Assembly: GCA_947597925.1 (NCBI GenBank)
Contig: CANQFA010000008.1
Span: 1,449-65,448, forward strand
Source: an uncultured Clostridia bacterium
GTDB taxonomy: Bacteria; Bacillota; Clostridia; Christensenellales; Borkfalkiaceae
Direction: 5' to 3'
Length of the DNA: 64,000 bases
Of the stretch, positions 27,646-35,318 are shown piece by piece. The first letter of the stretch is position 1. Each line of letters starts with the position of its first letter. Below the pieces are notes generated by a model. It saw only the letters and a program-made list of their open reading frames with translations. It made no database searches and was not told the origin of the DNA. The translations under genes were made by a program, and so were the position numbers.

Positions 27646-28620
27646 TCAATCGTCCGAGAAGACTTCGAAATCCTTTTTGAGGGGGTACATCGCGGGCATG
27701 GTGCCCTCTGAATCTATCTTATCGAGGCGCACCGCATGGACCGCGGGGTTCGAGTAGGTCGTATAGTAATAGACCCCCTCCCCGAGGTCGCAGCAGGAGG
27801 AGTACACCGTCTCCTCATAGACGCCCGCCTTCAGCCGCATGCAGCCGCGCGGGACCGCCACGCTCCCGAGGATATGGAAAAATCCGCACACCTCGTCCAT
27901 CTCCCCCTCCCCCGTCACGAGGGTGTCGCGCACAAAGGCGGCGCGGACGAATCTTCCGGCCGAGGAGAAGTCGCCGGGAAGCCCTATGGTGCCCATGCCG
28001 CGGCTGTAGTTCTGCATGCCCAACCCCTCGCCGAAGCGGGGCGCGGGTTCGTCGGGTGTCAGGCTCATGTAGTCCGAGAGGCGGGAAAGCTGCATGGGGA
28101 AGGGCGGGTTATTGGTGAGGACATGCGCGGGGTCATCATAGATCTTCAGCCCGTCCTCCATCGGCTCGACGACGATGCTCTCCCTTCCGTCCGAAACCAT
28201 CCAGTGGAGGGGCGTGAGGGGAAATCTTTCGCCGAAGGGGATGGCGACGGCGTTTATCTCACCGAGGAGGGCGCGCGCCTCCGCGAGCGTCGCGCAGTTT
28301 GCGAGGATGTAGGGAATGAGCTCAAAGGGTGAGACATTCTTCTTCCCCGCCTCCTCCGCGCGGTAGACCGCAGTCTTCGGGAAATTGAGCCCCGCCATGC
28401 CCAGTCCGCATTCATTGATCGCATCGAAGAAGAGCGGGTAGCCCTCCGCCAAGACCGCCATGCCGATCATGGCGTGGTGATGCGCGAGCGTCCCCTCTCT
28501 CCGAAAGGCAAAGGGGTAATTGCGGGGGACGATGACGACGCCCTCGCCGAAACTTCCCTCGAGGTCGAGGTTGCGCCCGAAGAGGCGCCTTCTTCCGCTA
28601 TAAGCGACTGCAGTGCACAT
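27646..28620 (-). CDS. Choloylglycine hydrolase family (bile-salt hydrolase / penicillin V acylase-like) Ntn hydrolase
   Basis: True start MCTAVAY (Cys2 nucleophile) at 28620, with an AAGGAGG SD. The 61-aa N-terminal extension in the track is rejected. Confidence 0.85.
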   Translation of the reverse strand: MCTAVAYSGRRRLFGRNLDLEGSFGEGVVIVPRNYPFAFRREGTLAHHHAMIGMAVLAEGYPLFFDAINECGLGMAGLNFPKTAVYRAEEAGKKNVSPFELIPYILANCATLAEARALLGEINAVAIPFGERFPLTPLHWMVSDGRESIVVEPMEDGLKIYDDPAHVLTNNPPFPMQLSRLSDYMSLTPDEPAPRFGEGLGMQNYSRGMGTIGLPGDFSSAGRFVRAAFVRDTLVTGEGEMDEVCGFFHILGSVAVPRGCMRLKAGVYEETVYSSCCDLGEGVYYYTTYSNPAVHAVRLDKIDSEGTMPAMYPLKKDFEVFSDD

Positions 28621-28747
28621 AGGTTTCCTCCTTATATGGGATATTATAGCAGACCGCGGCGGAGATTTCAAGCCGAAGAGAAAAATTTTTCGGAAAATTG
28701 TCCCCGCCCCCTTGCATCGGTCAAAAAGTATGATATAATGGGATATC

Positions 28748-29443
28748 ATGGAAAACTCATTCCGCGGAAAATATTTCTCGATACTCGGCGATTCCGTGAG
28801 CACGCTGGAGGGATATCAGCCCTCGGGCTATGGCGTGTATTATCGGGATGGGGTGCGGTTTTCGGCGGGCGTCTTCTTTTATGGCGACACCTGGTGGGGA
28901 CAGACGATCGACCGCCTCGGGGGAAAGCTCCTCGCAAACGACTCGTGGTCGGGGAGCCTCGTCTGCCGCCATCCCGACTGCATGATCCCCTCCTATGGTG
29001 CAAGCGACGAGCGGTGCGCCGCACTCGGAAGAGGCGGGATCCTCCCCGATGTCATCCTCGTCTTCATGGGCATCAATGACTGGGGCTGGGGCATGCGGGT
29101 GCGGGCGGAGCGCGAGGCCGACCTACAGGACCTCTCCGTCTTCGAGACGGCCTATGCCGCCATGCTTGCCAAGCTCAAAGCCAACTATCCGAAGGCCGAT
29201 ATCCGCTGCATGGTCATGGGCGAACACGCCTTTGAGCGGGAGGGACGCCTCCCGCAGGGGATGTACCCCCTCGAAGAGTACCGCGAAGTCATCCGCACCT
29301 GTGCAAAAAAGGCGGGCGCCGCCGTGATAGAGCTCCTCGGGATGGCGTACTGTGAAGAGGACACCCTCGACGGGCTTCACCCCAATGCACGCGGCATGCG
29401 CGCCATCGCCGACACCGTGTGCGCGCAGATGGAGAAAGCATGA
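28748..29443 (+). CDS. SGNH/GDSL hydrolase
   Basis: ILGDSVS (block I), FMGINDWG, and DGLHPNARG (block V). Confidence 0.8.
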   Translation: MENSFRGKYFSILGDSVSTLEGYQPSGYGVYYRDGVRFSAGVFFYGDTWWGQTIDRLGGKLLANDSWSGSLVCRHPDCMIPSYGASDERCAALGRGGILPDVILVFMGINDWGWGMRVRAEREADLQDLSVFETAYAAMLAKLKANYPKADIRCMVMGEHAFEREGRLPQGMYPLEEYREVIRTCAKKAGAAVIELLGMAYCEEDTLDGLHPNARGMRAIADTVCAQMEKA

Positions 29444-30213
29444 GGTACTACGTCGTCGCCGATGTCCATTCCTTCTACACCGAGCTCGTCGCCGCACTCA
29501 CCGAAAAGGGCTATTTTGAGGACATGGGGCCGAAAAAACTCGTCATCTGCGGAGATCTCTTCGACCGCGGCGGCGAGGCGCAGGCGATGCAGAACTTCGT
29601 GCGAGAGCTCCTCGGGCGGGAGGAAGTCCTCCTCATCCGCGGCAATCACGAGGACCTACTGGAGGAGTTCGCCGAAAATCTCGAGATCTGGATGGACTCG
29701 GAGAGCTTCCTCTACTCCCACCACATGAAAAACGGCACGGTGGAGACCATGCTTCAGCTCACGGGACTCAAGCTCGAGGAGGCCTTTCTTTGGCCGCGGC
29801 GGGCAAGGCTACTCCTGCGCGCCACCCCCTTCTTTCGGGAAATTTTGCCCGCAATGCGCGACTACTATGAGACGGAGCACTATGTCTTCGTGCACGGCTG
29901 GATCCCCGCGCGGGAGATCGGCGATCCCCCCTCCCGCTACGAGCCCCTCGGCGATTTCCGCACGGCATCTCCCGCGGAATGGGAAAGGGCGCGCTGGTAC
30001 AACGGCATGCTCGCGGCGCACAGCGGGGTCATCCTCCCGAATAAGACCATCGTCTGCGGACATGTTCCGACGGCGTACGGGCATACCATGTACGAAGGAA
30101 AGCCCAAAGACAGCGATTTTTCGGTCTACTCCGCCCGCGGCATCCTCGCGCTGGACGGCTGCACCGCCTACACGGATACCGTGAACTGCGTCATCCTCGA
30201 AGACGAACCTTAA
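29440..30213 (+). CDS. Metallophosphoesterase (PPP-family phosphatase-like)
   Basis: MRYYVVADVHS, ICGDLFDRG and IRGNHED motifs. The ATGA overlap with the upstream gene sets the start at 29440. Confidence 0.8.
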   Translation: MRYYVVADVHSFYTELVAALTEKGYFEDMGPKKLVICGDLFDRGGEAQAMQNFVRELLGREEVLLIRGNHEDLLEEFAENLEIWMDSESFLYSHHMKNGTVETMLQLTGLKLEEAFLWPRRARLLLRATPFFREILPAMRDYYETEHYVFVHGWIPAREIGDPPSRYEPLGDFRTASPAEWERARWYNGMLAAHSGVILPNKTIVCGHVPTAYGHTMYEGKPKDSDFSVYSARGILALDGCTAYTDTVNCVILEDEP

Positions 30214-30231
30214 AATCAGTCCATATGTCAA

Positions 30232-30258
30232 GACGGGGTCCCGGATCGGGACCCCGTC
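30232..30258. terminator. Bidirectional terminator hairpin
   Basis: gacggggtcccg-gat-cgggaccccgtc, between convergent genes. Confidence 0.65.
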
Positions 30259-30273
30259 TCAATATTTAAGAAA

Positions 30274-32352
30274 TTATCTCACGCTGTAGAAGAGCTCATT
30301 GTAGGTGGGATAGGGCCAATAGTCGGACGCCGTCTCCGTCTCCATGGCGTCGCCGAGGGCACGGAGCGCCTCCATATCGGGGACGATGACATGGGCGATG
30401 GCGTGCGAGGCGAGCACTTCGCCCGTGGGCACTTCGCCGAGGTCCTTTTCGAGCTTTTCGGCGACCTTGCGGAAGGCTTCATTCTTCTCGGAGAGCGACT
30501 CCGCCACCGCCATGTCCGCGGAGCAGGCGATCTTTTCGCTGATGGACTGCTTTGCGGCGATCGTCGAGCACAGGTCGGCGATGTACGAATTGACGGCGGG
30601 CCAGATGTCCTTTTTCGCCATATCTATCATCGTCTTCGCCTCGATGGTGACCGTCTTGGTATAGTTCTCGAGGGCGATATTGGCGCGCGCGAGCACCTCC
30701 TTTTCGGTGTATACCCCTTGCCGCACGAAGACGTCGATATTTTCCCGCTTGAAAAATTCGGGCACGGCGTCTGCCGTCGTCTTGTTGTTGAGGAGTCCCC
30801 TCCTCTCCGCCTCGGGCTCCCAGTCGGGGCCATAGCCATTGTAGTTGAAGATGATGCGGTAATGCTCCTTGAGAAGCTTTTCGGTATACCGCTTGCACGC
30901 CTTCTCGAAATCTTTCGCCCCCTCGAGCGCCTCGACCGCCTCTGCAAAGGCCTGCGCGGCGATGGTATTGAGAACGATATTGGGGTCGGCGACAGACGCC
31001 TGCGAGCCGAGCATGCGGAATTCGAACTTATTGCCCGTGAAGGCGAAGGGCGACGTGCGGTTTCTGTCCGTCGTGTCGATGGGGAAGATGGGGCTCTCGG
31101 GCACGCCGATGGAACCGGGGACGGCCTTTCTCGGCACATATTCCCTGCCCATGACGATGGAGTCGACGAGGGCGCCGAGCTGGTCGCCGAGATAGACGGA
31201 GATGATGGCGGGCGGCGCTTCATTGGCGCCGAGGCGGTGGTCATTGCCCGCCGAGGCGACGGATGCGCGCAGGATGCCCTGATAGTTGTCCACCGCCGCA
31301 ATGACGCAAGCGAGGATGAGCATGAAGCGAGGATTGTTCTCGGGCGTCTCGCCGGGGTCGAGGAGGTTGAGCCCCGCATCGGTGGAGAGCGACCAATTGT
31401 TGTGCTTGCCCGAGCCATTGATCCCCTCGAAGGGCTTCTCGTGGAGGAGACAGACGAGTCCGTGCTTTTTGGCGACCTTCTTCATTAGCTCCATGGTGAG
31501 CTGATTGGAGTCGACGGCGACATTGGTCGTCGTGAAGACGGGCGCGAGCTCGTGCTGGGCGGGGGCGACTTCGTTGTGCTTGGTCTTGGCGAAGATGCCG
31601 TAGCTCCAGAGCGTCTCGTCGAGGTCGCGCATGTATTCGGAGATGCGGGTCTTGAGCGAGCCGAAATAGTGGTCCTCGAGCTCCTGCCCGCGCACCGCAT
31701 GGGCGCCGAAGAGCGTCCTCCCCGTGAGGATGAGGTCCTTTCTCGCGTCAAAGAGCTTTTCATCGATGAGAAAATATTCCTGCTCGGGCCCCACCGTGGT
31801 GGAGACCTTTCTGCACTCGATACCGAAGAGTTTGAGCAGGCGCTTTGCCTGCGTATCGAGCGCGGTCATGGACTTCAGGAGGGGCGCCTTCTTGTCGAGC
31901 GTCTCACCCGTATAGGAGACGAAGACGGTAGGGATATAGAGGGTGCCCTCCTTGACAAAGGCGGGAGAGGTGGGATCCCATGCGGTATATCCGCGCGCCG
32001 CGCTCGTCGCACGCGCTCCGCCCGTGGGGAAAGAAGAGGCGTCGGGCTCGCCCACGATGAGCGATTTGCCCGTGAGCTGCATGATGACTCTGTCGCCGTC
32101 GGGCTCGATGAAGCTGTCGTGCTTTTCCGCCGTGAGGTTGGTGAGGGGTTGGAACCAATGGGTGTAGTGGGTGGCGCCTTTGGAGACCGCCCAATCCTTC
32201 ATGGCATTGGCGACGGCACTCGCGATGGAGATGTCGAGGGGCTGTCCCTCGTCGATGGTCCTTCTCAGGGACTTGTAGACCTCCTTGGGGAGGAGGTTCT
32301 TCATGACCTCGTCGTGAAAGACGTTGCTCCCGAAGAGCTCTGTGACGTTCAT
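30274..32352 (-). CDS. glnN: Glutamine synthetase type III
   Basis: 692 aa from [29 protein letters not shown] (typical GSIII N-terminus). AAGGAG SD. The track start at 32469 is rejected. Confidence 0.9.
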   Translation of the reverse strand: MNVTELFGSNVFHDEVMKNLLPKEVYKSLRRTIDEGQPLDISIASAVANAMKDWAVSKGATHYTHWFQPLTNLTAEKHDSFIEPDGDRVIMQLTGKSLIVGEPDASSFPTGGARATSAARGYTAWDPTSPAFVKEGTLYIPTVFVSYTGETLDKKAPLLKSMTALDTQAKRLLKLFGIECRKVSTTVGPEQEYFLIDEKLFDARKDLILTGRTLFGAHAVRGQELEDHYFGSLKTRISEYMRDLDETLWSYGIFAKTKHNEVAPAQHELAPVFTTTNVAVDSNQLTMELMKKVAKKHGLVCLLHEKPFEGINGSGKHNNWSLSTDAGLNLLDPGETPENNPRFMLILACVIAAVDNYQGILRASVASAGNDHRLGANEAPPAIISVYLGDQLGALVDSIVMGREYVPRKAVPGSIGVPESPIFPIDTTDRNRTSPFAFTGNKFEFRMLGSQASVADPNIVLNTIAAQAFAEAVEALEGAKDFEKACKRYTEKLLKEHYRIIFNYNGYGPDWEPEAERRGLLNNKTTADAVPEFFKRENIDVFVRQGVYTEKEVLARANIALENYTKTVTIEAKTMIDMAKKDIWPAVNSYIADLCSTIAAKQSISEKIACSADMAVAESLSEKNEAFRKVAEKLEKDLGEVPTGEVLASHAIAHVIVPDMEALRALGDAMETETASDYWPYPTYNELFYSVR

Positions 32353-32425
32353 ATGCTGCACTCCTTCAAGATTAGATTCGTCGTGAGACACGCGGCGGAG
32401 GATCCTTTCCGTCCGTTCCTGCATT

Positions 32426-32454
32426 ATTATAGAGTTTTTTGCGGAGAAAGTCAA
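32426..32454 (-). promoter_or_regulatory. Near-consensus sigma-A promoter of glnN (TTGACT-17-TATAAT), with a perfect 6-2-6 palindrome GTCAAA-NN-TTTGAC (32450-32463) over the -35
   Basis: Read on the minus strand: ...ggcgGTCAAACATTTGACTttctccgcaaaaaactcTATAATaatg... Confidence 0.55.
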
Positions 32455-32621
32455 ATGTTTGACCGCCAAAGCAGCCGCCCCGAGACAACAAAAAAGCTGA
32501 TAGCAGGCATAAGCACAGGTTATTTTATCGCGGGAAATATAAGTGCAGCTTATGGGAAAATTCGCAAACTCCCCTATTTTGCGCCAAAAACTGCAATTTT
32601 TCAGATTTTCCTATAAGAAAA

Positions 32622-32882
32622 AGCAGACCCTTTGCGATCTGCTCTATTTTACAGTTTTCTTCCGCGAGGGACGAAGAGACGGACCCGCCGCGGGAGCACC
32701 TCTATCTCGATATCTCCCCGCGTCCCCTCCTCGCCGTCAAAGTCCCACACGAGGTTTTTTTGCGTGCTGATGCGGACATGCCTCCCCCGCATGACGTCGA
32801 CCCACCTTCTCCGCCGCCCGATCCCGAAGAGCATGAGGCGGACGAGGGAGAGATAGGAGAGAAATTTTCCGAGGGCGCCCTT
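32622..32882. repeat. Left copy (261 bp) of the duplicated 3' end plus terminator of the dagK-family gene
   Basis: Aligns with 34341-34619. I count 6 mismatches plus one 18-bp indel. Confidence 0.9.
32649..32882 (-). pseudogene. Orphan 3' fragment (last 77 codons) of the DAG-kinase-family lipid kinase gene
   Basis: Encodes KGALGKFLSYLSLVRLMLFGIGRRRRWVDVMRGRHVRISTQKNLVWDFDGEEGTRGDIEIEVLPRRVRLFVPRGRKL, almost identical to the C-terminus of 34386-35282. It retains the native hairpin (32623-32642) and T-tract. Confidence 0.85.
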
Positions 32883-32913
32883 CTGCTTGACAAAATTTAA
32901 GGAAGGTATTAAA

Positions 32914-33291
32914 ATGAGCATAGTTGGCTTTTTGCTCAAGCCGAAAAAAGAAATGGCGAAAAAGGGAACAAGATATGTAAAGGTCGGTAAATACTATCTG
33001 ACTTCCCATGCGCAGAATCGGATCGTTCAAAAGGAAAGGACTATGGATAAGGTCGATGTTTTGGACAATCTGTTTACGAAGCCCAATGCCATTACACAAG
33101 TGAAATACAATAAAAGCGGCAAACCCTCATATGATCGTGTGGGTAAGAGAATTACGACAAGTATCAATCCAACAAACAACTATGTTGCGACTTGTCGACC
33201 TGTAAGCAAAAAAGAAATTAAACAATTCGTTTTGACTGATATCGGAAAAGGAGGAAAAAGGAAATATGTTAAACAAGAGTCCAGAAAGTAA
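32914..33291 (+). CDS. Small basic protein (125 aa) with a DUF4258/RelE-superfamily-like signature; putative toxin
   Basis: AAGGAAGG SD 7 nt before the ATG at 32914. KYYLTSHAQNRIVQKERTMDKVDVLDNLFTKPNAITQ...YDRVGKRITTSINPTNNYVATCRPV matches the DUF4258 pattern x-H-A-x-x-R-x(3)-R-x-[IM]-x(3)-V-x(2)-[VL]...V-[IV]-T-x-Y/R. K/R-rich. Overlaps the next ORF by 26 nt. Confidence 0.6.
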   Translation: MSIVGFLLKPKKEMAKKGTRYVKVGKYYLTSHAQNRIVQKERTMDKVDVLDNLFTKPNAITQVKYNKSGKPSYDRVGKRITTSINPTNNYVATCRPVSKKEIKQFVLTDIGKGGKRKYVKQESRK

Positions 33292-33541
33292 ATTCACGCC
33301 GAGAGCGAAAGAGGAAGCTAAAAAACTTTTAGCCGAAATGAATATAACGGAGTTGAACGACGACAACCTTTATGAGGTCGAAGTTGAGCTTGACACAAGG
33401 GTAAGCGGATTGGTTACGATGGACGAAAGCGAACACCGGCCGATCGATCATGAGCTTTTGGAAATTTACGATACACTGACGGATATTATTCTGGAGCACG
33501 AAGAAGAGATCGATTTTCTAAATAAGCTGTTTTTGGAATAA
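33266..33541 (+). CDS. Small acidic protein, paralogue 1 (91 aa); candidate antitoxin or immunity protein
   Basis: AAAGGAGG SD. Shares F-x(2)-A-x(n)-[ND]-x-[DE]-x-L-Y-[DE] and the C-terminal [DE]-I-D-F-L-N-K-L-F-L with the next two ORFs. Confidence 0.6.
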   Translation: MLNKSPESKFTPRAKEEAKKLLAEMNITELNDDNLYEVEVELDTRVSGLVTMDESEHRPIDHELLEIYDTLTDIILEHEEEIDFLNKLFLE

Positions 33542-33580
33542 AAAGGAGCGGAACGTCATTGAAAAATTTCGGAGGGAATT

Positions 33581-33901
33581 ATGGAAACGACAAAGGTCAA
33601 ATTTTCGCAGTCGGCGGTTGATTTTATTGCGAAGTATATGATTGAAGAGTTTGGAATAACGGGCGAAATCAACGAAGATATGCTGTATGACATATATGAC
33701 ATATATGTTGCGGCAGACGACTACGATTCCTTTTTCGCGACCCGCGAGATTGACCCGCAATTCGTTTTTGACGAAGAAAAATCCAAAGCGGCAGGTGAAT
33801 TTACAGCGGAATACGACAGTGTGGTTTTAAGGGATAAGACGTTTGACTTGGATGACCTCAACCGCCGTTTGGGATTGCGGAAAACAGGCCCAAACGCATA
33901 G
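33581..33901 (+). CDS. Small acidic protein, paralogue 2 (106 aa)
   Basis: GGAGGG SD. FSQSAVDFIAKYM...INEDMLYDIYDI...DLDDLNRRLGLRKTG. Confidence 0.65.
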   Translation: METTKVKFSQSAVDFIAKYMIEEFGITGEINEDMLYDIYDIYVAADDYDSFFATREIDPQFVFDEEKSKAAGEFTAEYDSVVLRDKTFDLDDLNRRLGLRKTGPNA

Positions 33902-33957
33902 TTCCACCATTGACTTGCCAATTCGGCTTGACCGATATCGGAAAAGGAGGCAGCGAA

Positions 33958-34278
33958 ATGAAAAAAAGAAATAAAAAGACGGAACAAGAAACAACGCTCT
34001 TTCCCGTCAGTGAAGAAGCAATTGAATTTATCCGCACATACATCCTTCCCATGAAACATATCGACTATATTGACGAGGATGTATTTTATGATATTTTTGA
34101 TATTGCTGAAAGCTGGGAACTCGATATGATCGACGAAAACGGATTTGACAAGACAGATGATCCGTTTACAGAACGGAATACAATGGGAATGAATTTCGTC
34201 TCTGAAATATCGGGGCAAGATGGCGAGCCGGATCTTGATGACCTCAACCGCCGTTTGGGATTACGGAAAACAAATTAA
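33958..34278 (+). CDS. Small acidic protein, paralogue 3 (106 aa)
   Basis: AAAGGAGG SD before the ATG at 33958 (the track TTG start at 33910 is rejected). FPVSEEAIEFIRTYI...IDEDVFYDIFDI...DLDDLNRRLGLRKTN. Confidence 0.65.
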   Translation: MKKRNKKTEQETTLFPVSEEAIEFIRTYILPMKHIDYIDEDVFYDIFDIAESWELDMIDENGFDKTDDPFTERNTMGMNFVSEISGQDGEPDLDDLNRRLGLRKTN

Positions 34279-34292
34279 CTTCTTTGACTCGA

Positions 34293-34327
34293 CCAAAAGT
34301 ATTTTCAGAAATACTTTTGGTTTTTTA
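34293..34327 (+). terminator. Strong rho-independent terminator closing the cassette
   Basis: ccaaaagtattt-tcag-aaatacttttgg followed by TTTTTTA. Confidence 0.8.
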
Positions 34328-34340
34328 TGATCCCTTTTGG

Positions 34341-34619
34341 AGCAGACCCTTTGCGATCTGCTCTATTTTACAGTTTTCTTCCGCTTTACAGTTTTCTTCC
34401 GCGAGGGACGAAGAGACGGACCCGCCGCGGAAGCACCTCTATCTCGATATCTCCCCGCGTCCCCTCCTCGCCGTCAAAGTCCCACACGAGGTTTTTTTGT
34501 GTGCTGATGCGGACATGCCTCCCTCGCATGACATCGACCCGCCTTCTCCGCCGCCCGATCCCGAAGAGCATGAGGCGGACGAGGGAGAGATAGGATAGAA
34601 ATTTTCCGAGGGCGCCCTT
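34341..34619. repeat. Right copy (279 bp) of the duplicated dagK 3' end. It includes an internal 18-bp tandem duplication (34367-34384 / 34385-34402) spanning the stop codon
   Basis: Direct alignment with 32622-32882. Confidence 0.9.
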
Positions 34620-35282
34620 TCCCCGCTTGAGGACGGCGAGCTCGAGGGTGCCGTCCTGCATGCTGGCGCTGCGGTTGACGGGGAAGCCCGCCACCGACCG
34701 TCCGTTCATGACGAAGACGAGCATGCCGTCCCCCTCGCTCACCCGCTGTCCGCACTCCACGCGCACGGGAAAGCTCTCGAAGGGGAAGCACTTCCCGAGC
34801 CCGCGGAAGAGATAGGCAAACCACCCGAAGGCGCGCTTTTCGCTCTGCGGCGTCTCGTAGGTGATGCGGGTGGGCGTCCCCGCCGCGGCGATATACATGG
34901 CATAGCGGGTGCCGTTGATGCGCATGCAGTCGAGTTCGGCGCTCCTTCCCTTCAGGATGACGTCGATCGCACGGAGGGGATCGCGCGGGATGCCGAGCGA
35001 GCGCGCCACGTCGTTTGCCGTCCCCGCGGGGAGATAGCCGAGCTGGACGCGGGAATCGCCCAATCCCTCGAGCACCCGCTGAAAGGTCCCGTCACCGCCC
35101 GAAAAGACGATGACATCGTAACCCGCGGCGCCCCGCTTTACCCACTCCGTCAGGTCCTCGGCGCTCTCCGTCGCGTGGACATCTACCTCATAGACACGCT
35201 CGAGCTTCTTGGTGATGCGCGCCGCCTTACGCGCGGTCTTGCCCCGCCCGCTCGCGGGATTGTAGAGGAAAAGGCACTTCAT
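34386..35282 (-). CDS. Diacylglycerol kinase family lipid kinase (YegS/DagK-like)
   Basis: MKCLFLYNPASGRGK...VIVFSGGDGTFQRVLEGL...GYLPAGTANDVARSLG motifs. Confidence 0.88.
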   Translation of the reverse strand: MKCLFLYNPASGRGKTARKAARITKKLERVYEVDVHATESAEDLTEWVKRGAAGYDVIVFSGGDGTFQRVLEGLGDSRVQLGYLPAGTANDVARSLGIPRDPLRAIDVILKGRSAELDCMRINGTRYAMYIAAAGTPTRITYETPQSEKRAFGWFAYLFRGLGKCFPFESFPVRVECGQRVSEGDGMLVFVMNGRSVAGFPVNRSASMQDGTLELAVLKRGKGALGKFLSYLSLVRLMLFGIGRRRRRVDVMRGRHVRISTQKNLVWDFDGEEGTRGDIEIEVLPRRVRLFVPRGRKL

Positions 35283-35318
35283 CTGCTTTAGTATTTCCCG
35301 TTCGGTAAGATTTCACGC

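Larger units (their letters stand above)
32883..34340 (+). mobile_element. 1458-bp AT-rich four-gene cassette inserted into the 3' end of the dagK-family gene; no recombinase gene
   Basis: Bounded by the 261/279-bp direct repeats. GC by hand count is 23/60 at 33101-33160 versus 40/60 at 34861-34920. Confidence 0.7.

Noticed and set aside
32887-32915. TTGACA-17-TAAAAT promoter-like match created exactly at the left cassette junction
   Set aside because: The -10 overlaps the ATG at 32914 and the AAGGAAGG SD lies in the spacer. It therefore cannot serve a transcript that uses that SD and start. I keep it only as an alternative (leaderless or later start at 32953) to be settled by transcription start site mapping.
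33721-34218. 165-aa minus-strand ORF inside the cassette
   Set aside because: It has C/F-rich odd composition and no SD. It is antisense to two plus-strand ORFs that have SD sites and are paralogous to each other.
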